From positions 1 to 64,000 of the IMG/VR virus record IMGVR_UViG_3300025646_005060: 64,000 nucleotides of DNA; one strand, 5' to 3'. The DNA is from a virus. Positions 27,382 through 36,591 of this stretch are shown one piece after another. Below the pieces are notes generated by a model, which was not told where the DNA came from, made no database searches, and saw nothing but the letters and a program-made list of their open reading frames with translations. Each line of letters starts with the position of its first letter. The first letter of the stretch is position 1. The position numbers and the translations under genes are program-made.

Positions 27382-27795
27382 TTATTCGTCTTCTGACGTA
27401 TCTTCTAGAATAGAAAGATATTCTTGGGCAATTTCTTGAATTTCTTCTTCGGTTAATTCTTCGCCAGTTTCTTCTTGAATCTCTTGAACAATCTGAACAA
27501 TTTCGTTTTGGAATTCTTCAAGAAGCATGTCATCTGTGATTTCTATGTCTTCTTTTACTTCCTTTGCTGCCTTTTTCATTGGTTCTTTTTTATTACCATC
27601 TTTATCCAAATCTAGAAAATCTGGTTTAGAACCTTTCTTGGATTTGCCTTCGTTAAAAAGAGAAGGACCATAATCTGCTAATTTGTCTTCAAGAGCATTT
27701 CCCAATTTGGAAAAAAGCGATTCGTTAATAAGTTTCTTGGCAGAAACGATGTCTTCTTGTATAAGTGCGTTTAAAATTTCTCTACTATTTGACAT
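27382..27795 (-). CDS. Acidic prohead core protein (gp67/68 position)
   Basis: Between portal and protease; Glu-rich; contains KPDFLDLDKDGNKKEPMKKA. Confidence 0.65.
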   Translation of the reverse strand: MSNSREILNALIQEDIVSAKKLINESLFSKLGNALEDKLADYGPSLFNEGKSKKGSKPDFLDLDKDGNKKEPMKKAAKEVKEDIEITDDMLLEEFQNEIVQIVQEIQEETGEELTEEEIQEIAQEYLSILEDTSEDE

Positions 27796-27823
27796 TTTTA
27801 TCTCCTAAACTTATATATAAGAT

Positions 27824-29398
27824 TTATTGAGGTGGTTGTCCTTGTTCGTCTACCAGACCCAATTGCTGCATTTCTATTTGCTGCTGTATTTGTTTCTGAC
27901 GATCCACTTCCATTTCTTCATCCATACGAGCAATTTCTTCTTCAGACTGCTTAAGAATATTCTTTCTCACATACTTGGCAGAGAAGAACATTCCAGTATA
28001 TTGACCAATCGTGTTAAGCATGTTGATTCGTTCGGCAAGAATCTCGTTCTCTTTTAGATCGTTGAAATATGAATCTTTGCTATAGACAATCTTCATGTCC
28101 TGATAATGATCTTTCCAGTCATCAGGAGTCAAGATTCCTTTTAGAATTGACTGCTTCTTGAGCATGTCCAGGAACATAAAAGAGAACTTATTCTGAAGTC
28201 TTTCAATGAACTTGTAGAACTTCACTTCGTCTCTGGTTATTTCACTGCTTCTGCCTAGATTGAATCCAGTCTGAACTTCCATTCGTGTAAGTGGAACATT
28301 AAGTGCTCTGTATACCTTACGGAGTAAATATTCAACGTCTTCCATTTCGCTGAGTCCTTGACCACCTGGAAGTGTTTGAATCTCAGTTCCTCTTCCACCC
28401 TCTCTACGAGGCAACCAGTAATCTTCAAGCATGGAGAAATGGTTTCTCTGGTCTTTAATTTCTCCACTTGATGAATCGTATGTGAGTTTATTACGATAAC
28501 GATTCATGAGTGACTTCATGTATTCTTCTGCTTTGTTCTTTGGAAGATTTCCAACGTCAACGTAGAATACTCTTCGTTCTGGAGCACGGGCAATGCGGTA
28601 TACGACCATTGCGTCTTCTGTCTGACGCAACATGTTGAGTGGACGAATTGCCTTGTGTAAATGTCCTACGACTCTCTTTGTGGTCTGATCAAGATATCCA
28701 GAGTGACAATATGTGATTGAGTCTGGAGCAATCTTAACACCAGCAGAACTTGTGGTTGGTATGTTGCTTGCCTCAAAATCTGTAAAGACAAAGTATTCAT
28801 CTACTTTACTGACAATAGGAATTGCTGTATTGTTTACACGCTTGACTTGCTTTTGAACCTTACGAATCTTACGAATCTTAATTGGATCAATTGCCCGAAT
28901 TTCTTGTATTCCTTTTTCTGGATGATCAGTATCAATAATTAACTGGTAGTAGACTCTTCCATCTACATACCAGCGCCTAAAGATATCGTATCCTCTGCTA
29001 GAAAAGTCTAGCAATTTAAGAATATTGTTGAATTCGATTTGAAGTTTTGCCTTAACATTGTCTGAAAGATCAACATTATCAAGATTTAGTTTGACAGCAG
29101 AATTCTGATTGTCAAAGCATATTGCCTGAGTAACAATATCTTCAATTGCCATGTCAACCTCTGGATAGAGAGACATGCTACGATATTGCTTGATAAGAGA
29201 ATTTTCATCAAGAAACGATCCACCAAAGTCATAAACGGAGGACATAAATCCTCCTGATTCTATGACTTGAGTTCCATCATAATTTTCTGGAGCGACAAAG
29301 GAAGCATTGGAGGAACTGTCTCCAGTTAATCCTCCAATGAATTCCTTATCGTCCTTTGCTTTCCCAAAGGAAAACCCAAAATAATCAGTCCACGACAT
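27824..29398 (-). CDS. gp20: Portal protein gp20
   Basis: YRIARAPERRVFYVDVGNLPK, MLEDYWLPRREGGRGTEI and ITRDEVKF. Confidence 0.99.
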   Translation of the reverse strand: MSWTDYFGFSFGKAKDDKEFIGGLTGDSSSNASFVAPENYDGTQVIESGGFMSSVYDFGGSFLDENSLIKQYRSMSLYPEVDMAIEDIVTQAICFDNQNSAVKLNLDNVDLSDNVKAKLQIEFNNILKLLDFSSRGYDIFRRWYVDGRVYYQLIIDTDHPEKGIQEIRAIDPIKIRKIRKVQKQVKRVNNTAIPIVSKVDEYFVFTDFEASNIPTTSSAGVKIAPDSITYCHSGYLDQTTKRVVGHLHKAIRPLNMLRQTEDAMVVYRIARAPERRVFYVDVGNLPKNKAEEYMKSLMNRYRNKLTYDSSSGEIKDQRNHFSMLEDYWLPRREGGRGTEIQTLPGGQGLSEMEDVEYLLRKVYRALNVPLTRMEVQTGFNLGRSSEITRDEVKFYKFIERLQNKFSFMFLDMLKKQSILKGILTPDDWKDHYQDMKIVYSKDSYFNDLKENEILAERINMLNTIGQYTGMFFSAKYVRKNILKQSEEEIARMDEEMEVDRQKQIQQQIEMQQLGLVDEQGQPPQ

Positions 29399-29411
29399 TT
29401 ATGTTCCTTAC

Positions 29412-29972
29412 TTAGTCTATAAATTCCCAGTAATCGTATGCCATTGTTACTGTAAATTCTGAAAACGAGTCTGACAAATCATAGTTAAGGGTGACTGATC
29501 CAACATCTGTTGGGAAGCAATTCTTAAGTCTGACTGATTTATTGAAATATGCAGCATCTTGAGATTCGTTAGCTGGTGCGCTGACACTAGTGCCAGGTAC
29601 AATATCCGACCATCTGACTATCCAATCTTCTGTTAAATTATAATCAATTGTATGATCATTTCTTCCATCCATTTCTTCCATCCAACGTTCAAATGCATCT
29701 CTTAAATCATCAGCAGGAACATTGGATTCATAGCAATTGATCGCCCAGTCAGCATACATTCTTTCGCCAGAAAACTTGACAACACGACCCATCCATGCGA
29801 CTGGAATCGTTCCGATTGTGGATCCTGGAAGATCTGCTGCCTTAATGTAGATCCAACTCTTTGAATTATCTGGTGCTGGACTGATTGTGTTAGGAAATGC
29901 AGCTTCAACTAAAAATCTGTTTGGTCGTACACCTTTAAAACCATTTCTAAAATTATTTAAGGTATTACCCAT
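29412..29972 (-). CDS. gp19: Tail tube protein gp19
   Basis: RPNRF, A.LPGS.IG, GR.VKF.GER and F.VT.AYDYW. Confidence 0.95.
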   Translation of the reverse strand: MGNTLNNFRNGFKGVRPNRFLVEAAFPNTISPAPDNSKSWIYIKAADLPGSTIGTIPVAWMGRVVKFSGERMYADWAINCYESNVPADDLRDAFERWMEEMDGRNDHTIDYNLTEDWIVRWSDIVPGTSVSAPANESQDAAYFNKSVRLKNCFPTDVGSVTLNYDLSDSFSEFTVTMAYDYWEFID

Positions 29973-29997
29973 TTATTTATTCTCCTATTCTTATGTA

Positions 29998-31230
29998 TCA
30001 GATGGTATCTGATAGATCCTTATTCGTAAGTGTAATCTTGACATAATTAATAGAAGTGATTGGTTTGACTAGAATATCTGCTACGAAGTAATTTGCCTCA
30101 ACAATTTCTGGTGTGTTATTGGTTGAATCGCAAATTACTCTGTATTCGGTAATTCCTCTTTGACCAACGATACGATCAAGGAATCCTTCAGCAGCAATCT
30201 TAAATCTTGAACGAGTTACAGAATCGTTTTGTTCAAAGAGAATTGAACGAGCAACTGGTGCGAGTGCCTTCTTGATGTAGTGGAACAGTCTGACAACGTT
30301 GATTCTTGAAAGAGTACTCGTTGGAGAACCACTGGTCTTGTCTCCGAAAAGAATGGTTCCATCTCCACGGAAAGTTACTACTGGATTGATTCCGTCATCG
30401 TAAAGAATGTCTTGTTCTGTTTCATTAAGATTGTCGTTGAGTCTGACTGCGTTGAGAATTCTTCCTCTTCTTGGTCCTGCTGGTGAGAACCATGGATATG
30501 CTTCACGGTCAGTTCTGGCAATGCAACCAGCAACGTCTGCTGCGAGAGGAGTCGTAATATAGGTTGAACCAGTGAGATCAAGATGAACTTTTTCTCCATA
30601 CACTGCGGCAATGTTTTCATCTGCTGAAGCTGCTAGGTTGTATCCAATTAAATTAGCAACATTTGCTTCTGAAATTGCTTCTGTTGTAGAACCAACATTA
30701 AGAATACCAAACACAGGTTCTGATCCTGCTGCGCGATCTGTTACGATACTTGTGACTGCCGACGCATAGTTAGAACCAGAAACTCCTGCTGTTCCTCCTT
30801 GGAATACTACATCGTATCCAAGTAAACTGAAGGTATCAGTGACTGATGACGATCCCCATCCAACGTAGCAAGGTGCTCCGTATTGAAGGAAGTTGTTGAT
30901 TGGCCACCACTCGTCGGCAAATTCTGCCGAAATGCCAGCGCCACTATATGTGCCATTGACATATGATGCAGCACATGCGCCGACGTTAATTGCTGCCGCT
31001 GCTGCTGCTCCTCCTGCGTTGTTAATGACTGCGTTGGTGAGTCTTGCGTACCAGTCTGATTGATTTGGTACGAAGATATACCCCTGATCTCTTTCAGCAG
31101 TGGATCCTGCCAGGACTTTCAAAGCAATTGTTGGATTATAACAACCACCAATTGTGGTTGATTCTGCTTCGCCTACTGGAACCACTAAAGATTCGTCTAC
31201 GACGGTAAATGTTACATTTGGTCTTGCCAT
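29998..31230 (-). CDS. gp18: Tail sheath protein gp18 (compact)
   Basis: NFLQYG, PWFSPAG..RG, INPV, LFGDKT, RINV.RLF and FEQND. Confidence 0.95.
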   Translation of the reverse strand: MARPNVTFTVVDESLVVPVGEAESTTIGGCYNPTIALKVLAGSTAERDQGYIFVPNQSDWYARLTNAVINNAGGAAAAAAINVGACAASYVNGTYSGAGISAEFADEWWPINNFLQYGAPCYVGWGSSSVTDTFSLLGYDVVFQGGTAGVSGSNYASAVTSIVTDRAAGSEPVFGILNVGSTTEAISEANVANLIGYNLAASADENIAAVYGEKVHLDLTGSTYITTPLAADVAGCIARTDREAYPWFSPAGPRRGRILNAVRLNDNLNETEQDILYDDGINPVVTFRGDGTILFGDKTSGSPTSTLSRINVVRLFHYIKKALAPVARSILFEQNDSVTRSRFKIAAEGFLDRIVGQRGITEYRVICDSTNNTPEIVEANYFVADILVKPITSINYVKITLTNKDLSDTI

Positions 31231-31279
31231 TTATCTCTCCTTGGTATGAATGCTATGTATATGTATTTTTTTCGATATT

Positions 31280-33025
31280 TTAGAAAAGACCATCATTCCT
31301 CATACGAGAAATCCATAGAGGGTTTCTTATATCTTTTTTTTCTTTTATTAACCATTTTTCATCAGAACCTTCTGACCATTCGTCCTGCTCTTGTTCTATA
31401 TCTTCAGAAAACCCATCCGAAAAGTATCCAAATGGTAACATATCGTCTTCAATTTTCTCAATCTCGTTTTGATACATTGCCAGACGAACATCCATATCGG
31501 TGAGATTTTTAAAGTATTGCTGTCTTGTTGCCCACGCAAACAATACAAGACACATAACCAGATCGTCGTTGTGTCCGTCCTCTGCTTCAAAACTTTGCTT
31601 CTTTGATATAAAGGTCGTGAATTCAGAAATGGTATCCGCATCCTCTACGATGAGTTTGTCCTCTTCAATCAGGTTTTTTAGAACCTGACATCCAATCTTC
31701 TTAGTCATGACCGATGTCTTGACACCCATCTGTACTTTCTTTACAGGTCCAAACCCTTCGGTAATGATCTGACCCTTGCGACCCATCATCGCGGTCTTGA
31801 CAATATTTTCATATTCAAGATCGGTATGAAGAATATTGGCAACTTCCATTCCTATGCTATTGACTTCAATCAACACATATGCGTTATTATATTTTTTGGC
31901 AACCGTCCTCAATACGGAAGCAAAGAGAAGAGGAGATACCGTATTATTTCTATATGTCGCAACGACTCTATATGGAAACTGAGTAACGTCAATCACAGAC
32001 ATTGCGGTGTAGTCCTTGCCCTGCCCTTCCGCAACGTCAGCAGTTATGAAGTAAATATGATCCTGAGACTTTTCCTCTTCATCATTTTTTCTCTTGGGTT
32101 CTTCATAAACGTTCATTCCGTCCTTTGACCGAATCATTGGTTTTGAATATACCAGAGTGTGCAGTTTCTCTGCCGATATGAGAGTATTGGAACTGCCCAA
32201 GAAGTCACACTCCATCTCCTGAGCAAACTGCTTCTCAGAAGTCTTGGAGATCATATCATTCTTCCACTTCTCGTCTCTTAAAGGACCACCTGGATATTGC
32301 GGAACCTGACTCCAATGGACCTCGAATGCCTTGTATCCGTTTTGGTTGTTGATTGCTCCCTTCCAGTAATAGTAAAACATATTCAACCCGTTTGGAGTTG
32401 AAATGATAAACATCTTGGTAGATTGACCCGAGGTAATGGTTGGATATACAGAGGTGAAGAACTCTTCGGCAATCTGTGTTGGAATGTGAGCAAACTCGTC
32501 AAGAAGAATACAGTTGAAGGAGAATCCACGAATCGCAGAAGATGATGTTGCTGCTGCCAAAACGCGGGATCCATTCTCTAGTATGATTGATCCCTTATTC
32601 CATTCAATTATTCCTTGTTGTAACCATTTTGGCAGATATTCATATGCCATCTTCAATCTTCCTAGAATTTCAATTGCGGTAGATTGTTTGTTTGCCAAAA
32701 TACCAACGTTCATATTTTGATTGAAAAGAACATAGTGAAGTAGATAAGCACCTACGGTTGTAGTCTTTCCTACCTGACGTGGAAGTTTACCAATAACGAA
32801 GCGATTATCATGTAGTATCTCTATGAGTTCCTTCTGAAAGTCATACATCTCAAAAGGAACAAGACCTTTATCTACAGCAACGATGCGTACATACTTTTCA
32901 ACAAAGTAGACAGGATCATTGGCACACTTAATATACTCCTGTACTTGTTCGGGAGTAAATTGTTGCTGTATGCCTACTGGTTTTAAATTGGGATTACCAA
33001 GATATCCATCTTTTTTTGCTGTCAC
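31280..33025 (-). CDS. gp17: Terminase large subunit gp17
   Basis: YLGNPNLK, RQVGKTT, LDEFAH, STPNG, DVAEG and DDLVM. Confidence 0.99.
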   Translation of the reverse strand: MTAKKDGYLGNPNLKPVGIQQQFTPEQVQEYIKCANDPVYFVEKYVRIVAVDKGLVPFEMYDFQKELIEILHDNRFVIGKLPRQVGKTTTVGAYLLHYVLFNQNMNVGILANKQSTAIEILGRLKMAYEYLPKWLQQGIIEWNKGSIILENGSRVLAAATSSSAIRGFSFNCILLDEFAHIPTQIAEEFFTSVYPTITSGQSTKMFIISTPNGLNMFYYYWKGAINNQNGYKAFEVHWSQVPQYPGGPLRDEKWKNDMISKTSEKQFAQEMECDFLGSSNTLISAEKLHTLVYSKPMIRSKDGMNVYEEPKRKNDEEEKSQDHIYFITADVAEGQGKDYTAMSVIDVTQFPYRVVATYRNNTVSPLLFASVLRTVAKKYNNAYVLIEVNSIGMEVANILHTDLEYENIVKTAMMGRKGQIITEGFGPVKKVQMGVKTSVMTKKIGCQVLKNLIEEDKLIVEDADTISEFTTFISKKQSFEAEDGHNDDLVMCLVLFAWATRQQYFKNLTDMDVRLAMYQNEIEKIEDDMLPFGYFSDGFSEDIEQEQDEWSEGSDEKWLIKEKKDIRNPLWISRMRNDGLF

Positions 33026-33474
33026 TCTGAATCCTCATGGTCTATAACTTTAGTTTGACTTCTTGACTGATTGATAATATTTTGTAGATCTTTTGTAGAT
33101 CCGACAAAAATAGAATTATTTGTGGTCTTCTGGACGACCTTATTAGTTCCTAGTGCGTCAGCAGTAGTCTTGTGCATATTCATCAGATCCGTATTAAGTT
33201 CACTCACGGTCTTGATGAGTATGGATGCAACTTCGTAAGCACGGGGAGAGTCTCCTGCTTCGGCAACACGCATGATCCCATCAAGTGCTTCAAATCCACT
33301 TGATATCAGATCTTTCATATTCTTACGAGCAGAATCAAAGTCCTGACGAACTTGATCTCTTCTCTTGATCTTTACTTTCTTGACAGTATCTTCTGCTTTG
33401 ACAATTTCAATTGGTTCTTTTTTTGAAACTTCAATATCAAGAATTTCGGAAAGTTTTTCATCGGAATTTTTCAT
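33022..33474 (-). CDS. gp16: Terminase small subunit gp16
   Basis: DFDSAR, SPRAYEV and NNSIFVGST.DLQ. Confidence 0.93.
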   Translation of the reverse strand: MKNSDEKLSEILDIEVSKKEPIEIVKAEDTVKKVKIKRRDQVRQDFDSARKNMKDLISSGFEALDGIMRVAEAGDSPRAYEVASILIKTVSELNTDLMNMHKTTADALGTNKVVQKTTNNSIFVGSTKDLQNIINQSRSQTKVIDHEDSE

Positions 33475-34235
33475 GATGGGGGCCAATCTCCTAAGACTTC
33501 GGTAATATCACCAGTTATAACATCTCCAGTATATCCAACATCGTCTACATAATAACCATATTCAACAGAACCCGTAGTCCCGTATCCATAGAAATTAACA
33601 TCGGATCTTTCAATAATGCCACCAGAAGATCCGCAAATTTGTGGGTATATAAATGTCTTGGCAGTAAAGTCAAAAGTAGAAATTAGAGTTCTACGATTGT
33701 CAAATGTTCCTTCGTAATTCTCTGCCAAGTTGACATTGTTCAGAATGAAAGGTACATCCACTGATTGATGAAGATCATTCATTTTCATCGTGACCGTGTA
33801 CTCTGGTGTAAAGTAAGGTACGATCTGCTCAATGATCTGAAGCATATCGTCCATATTGCGCGTAAAGGCGAATAGAGAAAAATTAATATTATATGGTGCT
33901 TCGGAATGTGCCGATTTGTATACACCGTCTACGACCTGTGATCTTTCAACAAGACGATTAATTTTTCTTGTGGGATCGTACATCATTGTGGTGATCTCAA
34001 ATCCCATCTTTGGAAGCACGATTTGAACTCTTGAATTCTTTGAAAGACTGTTCTCTTGAGTCAGTCTGAGTGCGAATTTTTCCTTACTGCCATATGCCAA
34101 TGGTACACGAATCTTTTCCTTTTCGCTTCCATCTGCTTCATAACGAGTGACATATACAGAATCAAAAAGAGATCCGAAGGCAATGACAATTTTTCGTATG
34201 GACTGATTGTAAAATGATTTATTTACGTTAAACAT
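33471..34235 (-). CDS. gp15: Tail sheath stabiliser / terminator gp15
   Basis: FYNQSIRK..IAFGSLF, VPLAYG.KEKF and QIIEQIVPYFTP. Confidence 0.95.
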   Translation of the reverse strand: MFNVNKSFYNQSIRKIVIAFGSLFDSVYVTRYEADGSEKEKIRVPLAYGSKEKFALRLTQENSLSKNSRVQIVLPKMGFEITTMMYDPTRKINRLVERSQVVDGVYKSAHSEAPYNINFSLFAFTRNMDDMLQIIEQIVPYFTPEYTVTMKMNDLHQSVDVPFILNNVNLAENYEGTFDNRRTLISTFDFTAKTFIYPQICGSSGGIIERSDVNFYGYGTTGSVEYGYYVDDVGYTGDVITGDITEVLGDWPPS

Positions 34236-35158
34236 TAGTCACATGCCTCCGAGAATGGATTATCTGCGCTAAAATTAAGTTCACTGTCTGCCTTCTCCGC
34301 GTAGTAATCATTCTCAATTTCGCTGACACCAGATATTGGATCAATTGAGAGATTGATATTTGTTTCTTGGTAGTCGAGAAGGTAGTATTCTGCTCCACTC
34401 TCGACAGACTTGATGGATTCTGTTCCAGATGGACCAGTAACAAAGGTTCCAGAGACTCCCTTGATATATGTGGTGTTTCCAGTATATTCAACAATGACAC
34501 CTTCGGCAGTGGAATCTCCGTATATTGCACCAGCACCCGTGACTCCAGAAACCTGGAATACGGTATCTCCTCTTTTGAGAATATTCAATCCAGTGATAGG
34601 AGCACCAGAAAGAGAAAGAGAAATCATGTTGTATTTTCTCTTGGTCTGAATTTCGTCAATGTCACTGACTCCAGTTTCAATATCTTCAAACGAATATGTG
34701 AAGAGTTCGCATGTTAGTGTATATGTGTTGAGTGTTCCAAACTGGAAGAATGGAATCTTATCTTCAACATAGTTTATCTCAAACATGTTCTTATTCAATG
34801 GAAAGTAAAGCAAATCGCCTTCTCTTGGAGTTCGAATTGCTGGTTGCTTTCTTGATACTTCTTCTTCAAATCTTGTCTTTGAAACCTTAAGTGTAACTCT
34901 GTCGGTAATGTTGATACCGAACTTATTTACGATATTCATCTGACCACCGAACTCAAGTATGTTCTCAATATACATTTCAATCGTATATGCGTACTTGAAT
35001 TCTGAAATTGGATCCTCACCAAAGATAATATCCCTGTTCAGGTATTCTCTGGGAATATAGATCATATCACGACCCATAGTCTTGATTGTTTCTATGGTGA
35101 GATCATTCAATAGATCTTGTTCACCTTTATAATCTTTGAAATATGGGTTTACTGCCAT
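34235..35158 (-). CDS. gp14: Neck protein gp14
   Basis: NPYF..EQ.L, YIPRE, FGED, PREGDLLYFP and NPFSE. Confidence 0.95.
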   Translation of the reverse strand: MAVNPYFKDYKGEQDLLNDLTIETIKTMGRDMIYIPREYLNRDIIFGEDPISEFKYAYTIEMYIENILEFGGQMNIVNKFGINITDRVTLKVSKTRFEEEVSRKQPAIRTPREGDLLYFPLNKNMFEINYVEDKIPFFQFGTLNTYTLTCELFTYSFEDIETGVSDIDEIQTKRKYNMISLSLSGAPITGLNILKRGDTVFQVSGVTGAGAIYGDSTAEGVIVEYTGNTTYIKGVSGTFVTGPSGTESIKSVESGAEYYLLDYQETNINLSIDPISGVSEIENDYYAEKADSELNFSADNPFSEACD

Positions 35159-35161
35159 TTG

Positions 35162-35965
35162 TTATCCTATCATGAAATCAATTGGCAACTCGTATGCCAT
35201 TGAAAGTTCCTGCTCTACCAGTTGTATTTCTTGTACTGCCTGATCGTAGATCTGTTGACCCTTGAATGTGATACCACCTGGAAGTTGAACTCCGTCATAC
35301 TTGAGCATGTTTGCTCCCCATTGTCTCTTGATGAGAGCGGTGAGATACTTCTTCAATAGACGGTCATTGTAGATCTTGGTATATACATCTGGATCAAGCA
35401 TTGCGTATGCTTCAATTACTAGATAATATCCTGCTGGAATATCTTGATCCAATGCGTCAACGTAGATTCTGTCAGTTACTTTGCTAAAACGAACCGACTT
35501 CTCTGGACTGAAGAATTGCTCAAGAAGACTGATATACTGCATGGTTACTTCATAACCAGCAACGGGTGTGCTTTGACTTCCGTTAAGACCTCTGTTGATT
35601 CCGAAATAATCGGTGAGTGCCAACTGGTAGCGAACATCAAACATATTGACACCAGTCAACGTACCGAATCTGAATACTTTGACAACCGACAATATATCCT
35701 TACCAGATGGGGAATCGTTAAGATCTCCAGTTGGTGGATCAATATCATTTATATCAATATATCCACGATCAATATCAGTCTGAGTCAACAGATACTTGAA
35801 ATATACCTTCTGAACACCGTCAAAATGTCTTTCGGCAAAATATTGAAGTGCTTCATCAAGACGATCTTCACATTGCTCATAATCAACATTGACTTGAACC
35901 ACAGGATGTCCCAGGTTGCGAAGACAAAGTTCTATGAGTGATCTTCTTGAGTCTGGTGTTGCCAT
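35162..35965 (-). CDS. gp13: Neck protein gp13
   Basis: CLRNLG.PV..VNV, HFDG, ALIKRQWG.N..K and LPGG. Confidence 0.96.
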   Translation of the reverse strand: MATPDSRRSLIELCLRNLGHPVVQVNVDYEQCEDRLDEALQYFAERHFDGVQKVYFKYLLTQTDIDRGYIDINDIDPPTGDLNDSPSGKDILSVVKVFRFGTLTGVNMFDVRYQLALTDYFGINRGLNGSQSTPVAGYEVTMQYISLLEQFFSPEKSVRFSKVTDRIYVDALDQDIPAGYYLVIEAYAMLDPDVYTKIYNDRLLKKYLTALIKRQWGANMLKYDGVQLPGGITFKGQQIYDQAVQEIQLVEQELSMAYELPIDFMIG

Positions 35966-35967
35966 AT

Positions 35968-36004
35968 AAAAACTCTCCTTACTTTATTTATAAGGAGAGT
36001 TTTT
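35968..36004 (-). promoter_or_regulatory. 14-bp hairpin covering the gp13 RBS, with late promoter TATAAATA (35985-35992) at its loop
   Basis: AAAAACTCTCCTTA / TAAGGAGAGTTTTT perfect arms; the downstream arm contains AAGGAG just before the ATG. Confidence 0.8.
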
Positions 36005-36008
36005 TATA

Positions 36009-36581
36009 TTATTTGGAATCCGTATTTTCTGCTGGTTTCTCTGGTTGAATTGGAGGTTCGTGCGTTGTCACTTTGATCTTCTCCATTTCCTTATACGGCA
36101 TTTGTTCAATATAATATCTACGAGTAATTGGTGGTTCTGCTTCGTCTGGTTTGGACTTTTCGTAGTTGGTAAACCCTGGCATCTTCAACGGACATGCCAG
36201 ACGAGGGTAATCCAACTTGCTATATTCTTCACCATCTGCGAGCAACCAGGTTCCTTTACGGTCGCCACATCCACAACCCCCACAAAAGAATTTACCTGGG
36301 GTTGAAGATTGTTTCAGATGTTCGCATGGAGGAAGAACTCCACCCTTGTCTTGATTTCCGAAACAAGAAAGAACGCGAAGTTGTTTGATTGGTTTTGTGA
36401 CCTTTTCATTATTAAAACCACGCGAAGAAATGGCAGATGCAAAACTTTGCATCATGGTCATCTTTTCCTTGATCGCGCCTTCTTTCTTGATTGGTTCTGC
36501 CTTACGAAACTCTACTGATTGATTTTCGTTCTTTGGTTGTTCATTATTTTTATTCTTGTTTTTATTACATCCACATCCCAT
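36009..36581 (-). CDS. Cys-rich hypothetical protein (possible metal-binding)
   Basis: MGCGC, C..PC, CGGCGC and KL...CP motifs. Confidence 0.7.
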   Translation of the reverse strand: MGCGCNKNKNKNNEQPKNENQSVEFRKAEPIKKEGAIKEKMTMMQSFASAISSRGFNNEKVTKPIKQLRVLSCFGNQDKGGVLPPCEHLKQSSTPGKFFCGGCGCGDRKGTWLLADGEEYSKLDYPRLACPLKMPGFTNYEKSKPDEAEPPITRRYYIEQMPYKEMEKIKVTTHEPPIQPEKPAENTDSK

Positions 36582-36591
36582 AGCAAAATCC

